Made by a program: the position numbers and the translations under genes. From Octopus sinensis (Eukaryota): DNA of 64,000 nucleotides. The notes under the pieces were generated by a model. That model was not told the DNA's origin. It saw nothing but the letters and a program-made list of their open reading frames with translations, and did not search any database. Within the stretch, counting starts at the first letter, position 1, and each line of letters opens with the position of its first letter. Positions 1 through 10,561 of this stretch are shown here, piece after piece. Location: positions 28,768,001 through 28,832,000 of the forward strand of contig NC_043001.1 in the NCBI RefSeq assembly GCF_006345805.1, read 5' to 3'.

Positions 1-145
1 CCCTATATAATATAAATAAATATATTTAAGTGAAAAAATTGGTGGATTTTTTTCTCTTATGATGTTTTTCACGCTAACTACTTGATAAATTCTTATAAAG
101 ATTTTATCCTATTTTTAAATTGTATATATATATATATTAGTTAAT

Positions 146-342
146 CCAAACATGAAAGCACAAAAAAACACAATGCGAGGACGTGGAACAAATATAGTAT
201 TATTGGACGCTCAGGAAAGAAGGAAAGAAAGAGGGTTAAACATTTCGAGCGGAGCTCTTCATCGGAAACATAGAAGGAAAGATCCAGAGAAGGGAAGACA
301 GAAGAAAAAAAAATCACCAACGGTACACACGTGGTCACATTT

Positions 343-345
<3 letters not shown>
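146..345 (-). mobile_element. Penelope-like terminal-repeat fragment with decayed hammerhead-like motif
   Basis: Same family as 3765-3960 and 16330-16535. Minus strand reads GTTT-CCGATGA-A-GAGC-TCC-GCTC-GAAATGT. Flanked by (TA)n/(TG)n. Confidence 0.55.
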
Positions 346-391
<46 letters not shown>

Positions 392-943
392 ATAAGAAAT
401 TACATTTTTATACTTTGAACTAAGCGAAGACAGAGAACAATGAAAAACAAATATATAATTAAAAAAAATTAGTAAGTGGGAATTCCCAACTAATTTAAAA
501 TTATATCATTCTGCTTATTTCCGTCTGTCTTTTCTGGGTGTTACATTTACGTCATCAAGGGTGAGTAGGTGGGTAGATTGAAGGTAGGGAGGTAGGTAGG
601 TAGGTGGTTAGACAGATTGAATGATTTATCGATTGCCCCTTCAGGACTGCCTGCGTGCATTTTCACACCTCGAGAATCAAATGTTTTAGGAAAATATACA
701 ATTTCACCGTACAATTTTCAAAATAACTATGGAATTTCCATGGGTGCTACTAGTACACATACATAAATGTACTTACTAAAAAAAGATCACATTTTAAATC
801 TTTGAACACTGGCCTTAATACAAGCTTCACAAATAGAAAAAATATAGTTTGATCCATACAAGCTTGAAAAGTTGGTATTAAATTATGATGGTGGTGGCAG
901 CCGGTGTAAAAAAACACACACACATATATATATATATACATAC

Positions 944-975
<32 letters not shown>

Positions 976-1007
976 TTTTACACCAGCTGCCACCATCATA
1001 TATATAT

Positions 1008-1213
1008 ATTCTCTTTTACTTGTTTCAGTCATTTGACTGCGGCCATGCTGGAGCACCGCCTTTTTAGTCGAGCAAATCGACCCCAGGACTTATTCTTTGT
1101 AAGCCTAGTACTTATCCTATTGGTCTCTTTTGCCGAACCACTAAGTAACGGGGACGTAAACACACCAGCATCGGTTGTCAAGCGATGTTGGGGAGACAAA
1201 CACAGACACACAA

Positions 1214-1265
<52 letters not shown>

Positions 1266-1425
1266 GAAGGGCTTCTTTCGGTTTCCATCTACCAAATCCA
1301 CTCACAAGGCTTTGGTCGGTCCGAGGCTATAGTAGAAGACACTTGCCCAAGGTGCCACGCAGTGGGACTGAACCCGGAACTGTGTGGTTGGTAAGCAAGC
1401 TACTTACCACACAGCCACTCCTGCG

Positions 1426-1427
<2 letters not shown>
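1008..1427 (-). mobile_element. tRNA-derived CORE-like SINE (Octopus OR-type), near full length
   Basis: Minus-strand head GGCGCAGGAGTGGCTGTGTGGTAAG, B-box-like GGTTCAGTCCC, GTGGCACCTTGGGCAAGTG core, internal CA/TA microsatellite, tail GACTGAAACAAGTAAAAGAG. Repeated about 20 times in the window. Confidence 0.85.
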
Positions 1428-1457
<30 letters not shown>

Positions 1458-1460
<3 letters not shown>

Positions 1461-1540
1461 TTTATTTAAAAGCAGCAGAAATTCAACAAAACCTGTTACT
1501 CGGAGTTTCACGTTCTCGTTTGTCGGATAGTTTTGTTAAA
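1458..1540 (-). mobile_element. Penelope-like fragment with decayed type I hammerhead-like motif
   Basis: Minus strand TAT-CCGACAA-ACG-AGAA-CGT-GAAA-CTC-C-GAG-TA-ACA, embedded in (TA)n. Same family as 3545-3700. Confidence 0.5.
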
Positions 1541-1571
1541 ATATATATATATATATATTATATATATATAT

Positions 1572-3030
1572 CGTGACGTATATTTGCCACTTAAATGTGA
1601 CTAACCCTTAAAGGTAGATGACATTGTAGCTTCTAGCCCCAGGAGGACACCTCCTCCAGCCGGTTACTGACACACTATCTGTGACCTATCAATATTTGTA
1701 AAGGGAAGCCATCCTTCCCATCTCCAAACTGACACGATACACACGGACTCGAGTTTCTGGTTATTGACCTGTCATCAGCGTGTGACAATCACCGGTTGTC
1801 GATGTGAAGTGGCTCCCAATGCAAATATACTCTTTTACTGGTTTCAGTCATTCGACTGCGGCCATGCTGGAGCACTGCCTTTAGTCGAGGAAATCGACCC
1901 CAGGACTTATTCTTTGTAAGCTTAGTACTTATTCTATAGGTCTCTTTTGCCGAACCGCTATGTTACAGGAACGTAAACACACCAGCATCGGTTGTCAAGC
2001 TATGTTGGGCGGGGGGGACAAACACAGACACACATATACATATATATGATGGGCTTCTTTCAGGTTCCGTCTACCAAATCCACTCACAAGGCTTTGGTCA
2101 GCACAAGGCGTTGGTCGGCACAAGGCGTTGGTCGGCACAAGGCTTTGGTCGGCCCAAGGCTATAGTAGAAGACATTTGGCCAAGGTGCCACGCAGTGAAC
2201 CCGGAACCATGTGGTTGGTAAGCAAGCTACTTATCACACAGCTACTCCTGCGCCTATTGGAGATTCTACCGAGTGCAAATACTGCAAATACTGATAGGTC
2301 ATAGATATATAGTCAATAGCCAGCTGGAGGAGGTGTCCTCATGGGACTACAAGCTACATATAGGATATATATATCCTTTTTTCCAGTGACAAAAAGTCAA
2401 TGATCATGAAAAAGTGTAAACAAGCAATAATAAATCTCTGAGCAATGTATAAACAGTAGCTGCACGACATTGTGAAGTATATTTGCCACTTAACTGTGGC
2501 TAACCCTTAAGGGTGGATGCTACTGTAGCTTGTAGCCCCAGGAGGACACCTCCTCCAGCTGGCTATTGACACATTATCTGTGCCCTATCAGTATTTGCAA
2601 AGAAAAGTCATGCTTCCCCTCTCCAACCTGACATGATACACATGGACTTTAGTTTCTGGATGTTGACCCGTCATCAGCATGTGACAATCACCAGTTGTCA
2701 AAGTGAAGTGGTACCCAATGCAAATAATAATCTTTTTCCAGTGACGAAAAGTCACTGATTTCTGCAAAAGCAGTAGCTGCACGACATCGTGAAGTATATT
2801 TGCCACTTAAATGTGGCTAACCTTACAGGTTAGCCACATTTATATTTATGCAAATATACTTCACGAAGTCATACAGCTACTGTGTATAGCTCGGTCAGAG
2901 ATTTATTATTGCTTGTTTACACTTTTGCAAAATCAGAAACTTTTCGTCACTGGAAATATAGCAAAATTGTTGGCAAATATACTTCATGATGTTGTGCAGC
3001 TACTGTTTATAACTCACTCAGAGATTTATT
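1572..3030. repeat. Cluster of a ~355-bp repeat unit in direct and inverted partial copies, interrupted by a SINE
   Basis: Direct copies at 1572-1830 and 2376-2826 (TTTTTCCAGTGAC recurs near 2377 and 2733). Inverted copies at about 2285-2360, 2827-2960 and 2970-3030. Confidence 0.75.
1828..2254 (-). mobile_element. OR-type SINE with internal 17-bp tandem expansion
   Basis: Matches 1008-1427. ACAAGGC(T/G)TTGGTC(A/G)GC is repeated 4 times at about 2086-2156. Confidence 0.85.
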
Positions 3031-3544
3031 ATATATATATGATGGTGATGATATATATAAAAATGGAACAAAAACGCAATAGAGAGCATTAAAACGTTCA
3101 GATAGATAGATGACACAAAGGCAGACAAAAGAAACAGCAATTAGACGGACAGGCAAAAAAGACGGGTCATTCTTGGCTTTCTTTCATTAGTCAAGTACCA
3201 GAAGTCACAACCATTTCGGACAGTTACACTTGAGATGGTTCGATCTGGTTGTCCTCAAAAAAGTCTAAGCTAAGAGCATTAGACCCCTTTGTAAGAAAAC
3301 TAGCGAATGTGCACGGCAACAAAGACAAAAAAACAAACAAGCAAAAAAACGAAGAATATGGTACAGAATTATGAATACAAACAACAAGAAATAACAACAG
3401 GCGTCTTTCGACTGAGAACGATTCAAATTGAGCTGGTATGTATGGAGTGAAAGCCTAAAGGCAAAAACATGGGAGATGGACACAAGACGTGATGACAGTC
3501 GGCAGTCAGGCCAAGAAAGAATATATATATATATATATATACTG

Positions 3545-3700
3545 GAGTAAACACATAAATGTGAAACAAGGTGGAAAAAAGAGTACTCAAATACCAGTGG
3601 TAGAGTAATATGCTTTATTTAAAGCAGCAGAATATTCAACAAAACAGGAAACTCAGAGTAACAGGTTTTGTTGAATTTTCTGCTGCTTTAAATAAAGTAA
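3545..3700. mobile_element. Penelope-like terminal repeat with fold-back
   Basis: 33-bp inverted arms 3613-3645 / 3665-3697 with 1 mismatch. The loop retains GAAACTCAGAGTAACA. Flanked by (TA)n. Confidence 0.5.
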
Positions 3701-3703
3701 ATA

Positions 3704-3760
<57 letters not shown>

Positions 3761-3764
3761 ATAA

Positions 3765-3960
3765 AATGTGACCTCGTGTGTACCGATGGCGATTTTTTTT
3801 CCTCTGTCTTCCCTTCTCTGGATCTTTCCTTCTCCTATGTTTCCGACGAAGAGCTCTGCTCGAAACGTTAAACCCTCCTTTCCTTAGTGTCCAATAATAC
3901 TATATTTGTTCCACGTCCTCGCGTTGTGTTTTTTTGTGGTTTCTTGTTTGGATTAACTAT
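3765..3960 (+). mobile_element. Penelope-like terminal-repeat fragment
   Basis: Reverse complement of the 146-345 family. Flanked by (TG)n and (TA)n. Confidence 0.55.
3839..3873 (+). ncRNA. Minimal type I hammerhead ribozyme-like motif (core variant CCGACGA)
   Basis: GTTT-CCGACGA-A-GAGC-TCT-GCTC-GAAA-CGT-T-AAAC. Stems I and II are intact and stem III is the palindrome ACGT. The core has U4->C. Confidence 0.5.
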
Positions 3961-3975
3961 ATATATATATATAAT

Positions 3976-4057
<82 letters not shown>

Positions 4058-4144
4058 TTAATAGATATATATAGATATATAATATTAAATAGGTTTTAAA
4101 ATGCATGGGTTGTTTATGGAGTGTTCATATGCGAAAAAATATAG

Positions 4145-4616
4145 ATTAGAGAAAATTGAAAATGCAAATCTTAGGGAAACATTACCAAATGCATAAATGA
4201 AAACATTTTCAATCCAAGTAGTTGCATGATTTAAGCAGATGTGTATAAATATATATAATTCATGTACAGGTATGAAGATTCTCTAAGGTTATAAAGAATA
4301 AAACCAGACACACATAAAAATATAGAGGAAATATAAAAATATATATAAAAATACATAGAATTACATATACACGACAACCACATGTAATTTTTATTCGTAT
4401 GTAATTTTATATATTTTTATATGTATTTTTATATTTCCTCTATATTTTTATGTGTGTCTGGTTTTATTCTTGATACTCTTAGAGAATCTTCATGCAAGAT
4501 TTATGCTGATGTGTACAAATATATAGGACCTAACTACTTTGAATGAATTTTTTTTCATTTATGCATTCAGGAATCTGTTCGACTGCCTAAGATTTGCGTT
4601 TCCAATTTTCTCTAAT
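4145..4616. repeat. ~470-bp imperfect palindrome (fold-back / MITE-like)
   Basis: ATTAGAGAAAATTG pairs with CAATTTTCTCTAAT; AAGAATAAAACCAGACACACATAAAAATATAGAGGAAATATAAAAATA pairs with its reverse complement. Centre at about 4375-4395. Confidence 0.8.
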
Positions 4617-4633
4617 ATATATATATATATATA

Positions 4634-5029
4634 TTCTCTTTTTACTTGTTTCAGTCATTTTGACTGCGGCCATGCTGGTGCACCGCCTTTAATCGAGCAA
4701 CTCGACCCCGGGACTTATTCTTTGTTAGCCCAGTACTTATTCTATCGGTCTCTTTTGCCGAATCGCTAAGTGACGCGGACATAAACACACCAGCATCGGT
4801 TGTCAAGCAATGCTAGGGGGACAAACACAGACACACAAACACGCACATATATATATATATACATATATACGACGAGCTTCTTTCAGCTTCCGTCTACCAA
4901 ATCCACTCACAAGGCTTTGGTCGGCCCGAGGCTATAGTAGAAGACACTTGCCCAAGGTGCAACGCAGTGGGACTGAACCCAGAACCATGTGGTTGGTAAA
5001 CAAGCTACTTATCACACAGCCACTCCTGC
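4634..5029 (-). mobile_element. OR-type SINE
   Basis: Matches the family consensus and is CpG-rich. Confidence 0.85.
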
Positions 5030-5314
5030 ATATATATATTGTGATAAAAAATAAAATAAAGTTATTTTTATCAGAAACAATTTTGGCTGAGACTGCCAAG
5101 TTAGAAAATGTAACTTTTGTAAGATATACAAAGAATCTATTATTATTATAGAAAATAGATATTGCTTGGCAGTTTCATTCCACGTCCATTTCTCTTAAAT
5201 ATTTAAATAATTCTTGATAATTCTAGTACGATCTGATGTTTCCCATTGGCAGTTTTGTTGTTTTTCTTGCAATGAGGAACAACTTTAGGGTGCGAATACC
5301 CTAAATTCAGACAT

Positions 5315-7020
5315 TCATCATCATCATAGTTTAACGTCTGTTTTCCATGCTAGCATGGGTTGGACAGTTTCACTGAGGTCTGGAGAGCCAGTGGCTGCAT
5401 CAGGCGCCAATCTGATTTGACAATGTTTCTATAGCTGAATACCCTTCCTAACACCAACCATTCCAAGAGTGTATTAGGTGCTTTTTATGTGCCACAGGAG
5501 CCAGTCAGGCAGGTCTGGCATTAATCACATTCAGATAGTGCTTTTTACGTGCCACCGGCACAGGAGCCAGTCAAGGGGTACTGGCACTGGCCACATTCCG
5601 ATGGTGCTTTTTACATGCCACAGGTATGAGTGCCAGTTAGATGGTCCTGGAATCAATCACTTTCAGATAGTGCTTTTTACGAACCACTGGCACGGGAGCC
5701 AGTCAAGGGGTACCAGCATCAGCCACATTCGGATGGTGTTTTCTACATGCCATCGGAACAGGAGCCAGTCAGGGCGCACAGTCCACAGCTGCGATTTTGG
5801 TTTTACCTGACTCGACAGTCTCCTCAAGCATATCATATTTAAGAGGGTACTCTGAAATGGGCCAGACATACAACACTGGCACCGGCCATAGCTGCAATCT
5901 CACTTGAGTTGCCACGTCCTCTCAATCACAGCATATCTCCAAAGGTCTTAGTCTCCTGTCATTGGCTCTGTGAGGTCCAATGTTCAAAGGTCATGCTTCA
6001 CTATCTCATCATGTCTTCCTGTATCTACCTCTTCCACAAGTTCCTTCTACAGTTAGAGAGTGGCACTTCCTCACACAGCTGTTCTCATCCATACATAACA
6101 CATGACCATACCAGTGCAGTTGTCTCTCTTGCACATCACATTTGATGCTTATGTCCAACTTTTCTCTCAGGGCACTCACATTTTGTTGTGTATGCACACT
6201 GACATTACACATCCAGCGGATCATACTAGCTTCATTTCTTTCAAGCCTACATATCTCCAACAGTCATGGCCCATGTTTCACTGCCGTGTAGCATGGCAGT
6301 TCAAACACATGCATCATAGTCTACCTTTCATCCTGAGTGAGAGGCCCTTAGTTGCCAGCAGAGGTAGGAGCTCCCTGAAGTTTGCCCAGGCTATTCTTAC
6401 TCTAGCTGCTACACTCTCAGAGCAACCAGCCCCACTACAGACTTGGTCGCCTAGGTAGCGGAAGCTATTAACTATTTCTAGTTTTTCCCCCTGGCATGTG
6501 ATGGAATCCGTTTTCTGTACATTTTCAGTGTTTACTGCCCCTGTGCATCTGCCACACACAAAATCTATCTTCCTAGTTAACATCCCTTGGATATTGCTGT
6601 ACCTTTTGTGTCCATAACTTACACCAGGTACATCGTATGGAGTTTCTACCCATGCCTTTTCTACAGATCAAGCAGGGCCATCTACCTGAAGGGGTTTGTG
6701 ATTTGTCAGCCTTCCTATTTACAAAGACTTTAGTTTTTGCTAGGTTAACTCTAAGGCCCTTCGATTCTAGACCTTGCTTCCACACCCTAAACTTCGTCTC
6801 TCTAGTTCTGGCAATGACTTAGCAATTAGAGCAAGGTCATGAGCATAGAGGTGCTCCTAGGGGCAGCCTGTCTTGAGTTCCTCTGTTATTGCAGGAGGAC
6901 TATAATGAATAAGATGGAGCTGAGGACTGATCCTTGGTGATCCCTACTTCTATCCGGAATTTTTCACTATACTTGTTGCCAACCCTCACCTTACTGACAG
7001 CATCCCTGTACATGGCTCAT
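5315..7020 (-). mobile_element. 5'-truncated RTE-clade LINE (RT core to 3'UTR), frameshifted
   Basis: Minus-strand pieces QGSVLSSILFII, LYAHDL (YADD equivalent), KQGLESKGLRVNLAKTK, FRYLGD, RQLHWYGHV..M, GRGR. 3'UTR has ~63-bp tandem units and a (GAT)n tail at about 5315-5327. Confidence 0.9.
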
Positions 7021-7064
7021 TTCCTATATACATAAATATAGATGCAGGTGTATGAATCAACCCC

Positions 7065-7410
7065 AGTACATATTTTTTGCCTGATATTTATTCTATCCGT
7101 GTCTTTTGCCAAACTGCTAAGTTACAAAGACATAAACACACAGTTGTCAAATGGCGATGGTCAGACACAAACACATACACAGATATATATACACACACGC
7201 ACGCACACAAACAAACACACACACAAGCACACACATTCACATACACACACACATGATAAGCTCCTTTCAGTTTCCATCTACCAAACCCACTCACATGACT
7301 TTGGTCAACCAGAGGCTATAGTGGAAGACACTTGCCCAAGTGCTATGTAGTGGGACAGAACCTGGAATCTTGTGGTTGGGAAGCAAGCTTCTTACAATAT
7401 AACCGCACCT
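7065..7410 (-). mobile_element. OR-type SINE, diverged and partial
   Basis: Family motifs present, with CpG decay. Confidence 0.75.
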
Positions 7411-7499
7411 ATGGAATTGATGGGCTGAATCCTGGAAAAACTGCACCCGTGGCAAAGGTGACACAAGCCACTAACTCTTTGCTTTTTTTTCTCAATTTT

Positions 7500-7588
7500 T
7501 TCTAAAAATCAGTTTCCTATCAATGACCCCAAAAAGGAACCATATCAGATATTAAGCTGATAGGAACAAATATTACACCTTGATCTTA
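7500..7588 (-). pseudogene. U2 snRNA pseudogene fragment
   Basis: Minus strand TAAGATCAAGGTGTAATATTTGTTCCTATCAGCTTAATATCTGATATG...AAACTGATTTTTAGAA matches U2 from about nt 22 through the Sm site. The branch-point recognition GTAGTA reads GTAATA. The 5' end and 3' stem-loops are missing. Confidence 0.85.
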
Positions 7589-7699
7589 TTATTATCATTC
7601 ATAGCTTAATCATTAATTGATTGTGTAATCATTTCATTTAAGATTATTTAATAATACACCAGTGGCCTCTACATGGGATGTAGCCAGTCCACTTATGTA

Positions 7700-8115
7700 T
7701 ACCTTTCCTTCTTGGGACACAAAACTCTACTTGTGAAGACCTGTTGAGGTAAGTGAGAATCGAAATCGATCAACATCATTGGAAATTGCAGCTGTGATAC
7801 CAGTGCCGGTGGCACATAAGAGAACCATCCAAACGTAGCTGTTGCCAGCGCCGCCCCAACTGGCCTCGTGCCGGTGGCACGTAAAAAGCACCATCCGATC
7901 GTGGCCGTTTGCCAGCCTCGTCTGGTACCTGTGCCGGTGGCACGTAAAAAGCACCCACTACACTTACGGAGTGGTTGGCTTTAGGAAGGGCATCCAGCCG
8001 TAGAAACATTGCCTGATCAGACTGGGCCTGGTGCAGCCTTCTGGCTTCCTAGACCCCAGTTGAACCGTCTAACCCATGCTAGCAGGGAAAGCGGACGCTA
8101 AACGATGATGATGAT
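7700..8115 (+). mobile_element. RTE LINE 3'UTR/tail fragment
   Basis: GGTGGCACGTAAAAAGCACC repeats, GGAGTGGTTGGC.TTAGGAAGGGCATCCAG and a (GAT)n end. Same as the 3' end of 5315-7020. Confidence 0.8.
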
Positions 8116-8506
8116 GGAAATTATGCAAATTGTTTGTGGCATTCATTGTAGAAGATCTAGAAATGTTGGGGGTTACCAGATTAATTAGCATTGGGAATTA
8201 TGTAAGGAGGGAGATGAGAAATAGCAGGCACTTAAAGGAACCAGCCAATGAGTACATGAGAGAGAGTTGCACTGGTAATGATTGTGGATAACATCAGTTG
8301 AGTGAACAATGATATGTGATGACAAAAAGGGATTCTATGATAGAATATGAACAAAGGAAGAAATGGTGACACTGGGCTGGATTCTAAGATCTGAGATGTC
8401 ACAGATAGAAGTACTATGAATCATGAGAAACTAACATGAATAAAAAAAATGACAGTGTGTCCCCGCATAGTCTGTGTTACTTATGAATATATATATATAT
8501 ATATAT

Positions 8507-9208
8507 ACATACAAAATTTAAAGGACTGACCACTAAAAGTGGACGGTCAACATGCTAGATATAGACGTCAAAATTGCTATTTTCCACGAAGAATGTGTTC
8601 TCAAATAAAAACTCAGCACAAACCAAAGTGTAAAAAATAAGCAAGACAAATGAAAATATACGAAATAATAACAATTACCTATGTACCGATCAGTTTCGCT
8701 TGTTAATATCCACGCATATGGATACATGGAAATCTGCAAGCTCATCAGCATAGTCTGTCGTATATAAATATAATTTCCAGGACTAGATACAAAAATGTTT
8801 GACCGGAGTCCCACATGCATAGAGCCCAACAAATTATATTTATGTGTATCCTTCAAATGCCTTCACTTTGGCGCGCTGAGATCGGAAATCTACCCTGCAG
8901 TTAATAAACTGCAGCAGTCAATTTACCGGTTAGAGAAAATTTTTATTATCTAAAATTGAATAAGGGTAGAAATTGATATTCATCAATTAAAACCAGTGGC
9001 CTAGCATATTAAAAACATCCAAAGATTAAAATATTTTTACATACAAAATTTAAAGGACTGACCACAGTCAGTCCTTTAAATTTTGTATGTAAAAATATTT
9101 TTGGTCAGTCCTTTAAATTTTGTATGTAAAAATATTTTAATCTTCGGACTTTTTTAATATGCTAAGCCACTGGTTTTAATTGATTAATATCAATTTCTAC
9201 CCTTATTC

Positions 9209-9212
<4 letters not shown>
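8507..9212. mobile_element. Repeat with direct plus inverted terminal repeats between (TA)n tracts, possibly Penelope-like
   Basis: 27-bp direct repeat 8507-8533 / 9039-9065. Inverted arms 8954-9062 / 9067-9212, with a 37-bp tandem duplication in the right arm. Confidence 0.45.
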
Positions 9213-9261
<49 letters not shown>

Positions 9262-9734
9262 AAAGAGAGAGAATTTATGTATAAACATTTAAACACTAGA
9301 GAATAAATCCATAGTAATACAGTAATTAAATACTAAAGTTTCAAAACTGCAACAGATTTTACATTGCAGTAAATCCATGCAGAATACATTAATAGTATCA
9401 GATTTTGCATAGAAGTAGAAAAGGATAAAAATTTCACTTAAAAGTCATACTTTAAATCGCATCCAACAGCTGTTTCATTAAGATAAACATCACAAAACGT
9501 ACAATTTGATACATACATAATATAAATTAAATTCAGGTCAAATTAACTTAAAACCAGTGTTTACACAAATCATCAGAAATATTATGCTAACCAGAAAATC
9601 TTAAGTTTTCTGATGAACATTCCTATAATTTGGGTAAATATCATTTACCCAAATTTTAATTATATTTCACAATTATGTAATTCCATATTTGGTAGAGTTT
9701 ACCTTAATGAAAATAGCTGTTGAATACCATTTAA

Positions 9735-10127
9735 CCCTTTAGTATTAAACTGGCTATATCTGGCCCAAATATTTTACCTGTTTCATGTTCAAACCAGCTA
9801 GATCCAGTGTATCACACCTACCCTTCAATATCAAATTGTACATTTTGTGATGTTTATCTTAATGAAACAGCTGAACACAATTTCAAGTATGAATTGTATT
9901 TGAAATTTATCCTTTTCTATTTTAATGCTAAATCTGATAATCTTAATGTATTTTGTATGGATTGCCTGTTGCAGTTTAAGAAACTTATTGAGATTTTAAT
10001 TACTGATTTGTTGATGATACAATCATATCATCAACATTTTGTAGCTACTTCATAATGCATGATTAATTAAAGAAACTGTGAAATGAATAAGCATTACATC
10101 TGAGAGAATAATTTGAATGTTAGAGGG
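9735..10127. mobile_element. piggyBac-type MITE, long variant
   Basis: TTAA|CCCTTTAG ... TTAGAGGG|TTAA. Internal similarity to 13233-13452. Confidence 0.7.
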
Positions 10128-10194
10128 TTAAAGAAGTGTATGTGAAATTTATGCTTTTCTGGTAAACACACACACATATATATATATCTGCTTT

Positions 10195-10527
10195 TATCTT
10201 TTACTGGTTTCAGTCATTGGTCTGTGGCCATGCTGGGGCATTGCCTTAAAGGGTTTTTAGTCAAACAGATCAACCCCAGTATTTATTTCTTAAGTCTGGT
10301 ACTTATTCTATTTGCCACTTTTGCTAATACCAGTTGTCCAGTCACGGAGGTGAGATGCGCACATGCATACACAAACACACACACACACACACAACAGGCT
10401 TCAACAGAGTTTCTGTCTACGAACTTCCCTCACAAGGCATTGGTAGGCCTGGGGCTACTTGCCCAAGGTACCACACAGTAGGACTGAACTTAAGAAGCAA
10501 GCTTCCTAACCACATAGCCATGCCTAT

Positions 10528-10528
<1 letters not shown>
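10195..10528 (-). mobile_element. OR-type SINE, diverged
   Basis: Family motifs. Confidence 0.75.

Positions 10529-10561
<33 letters not shown>

Noticed and set aside
3100-3520. Possible further hammerhead in a repeat-like segment
   Set aside because: GAAA is present, but there is no CUGANGA-like core with matching stems.
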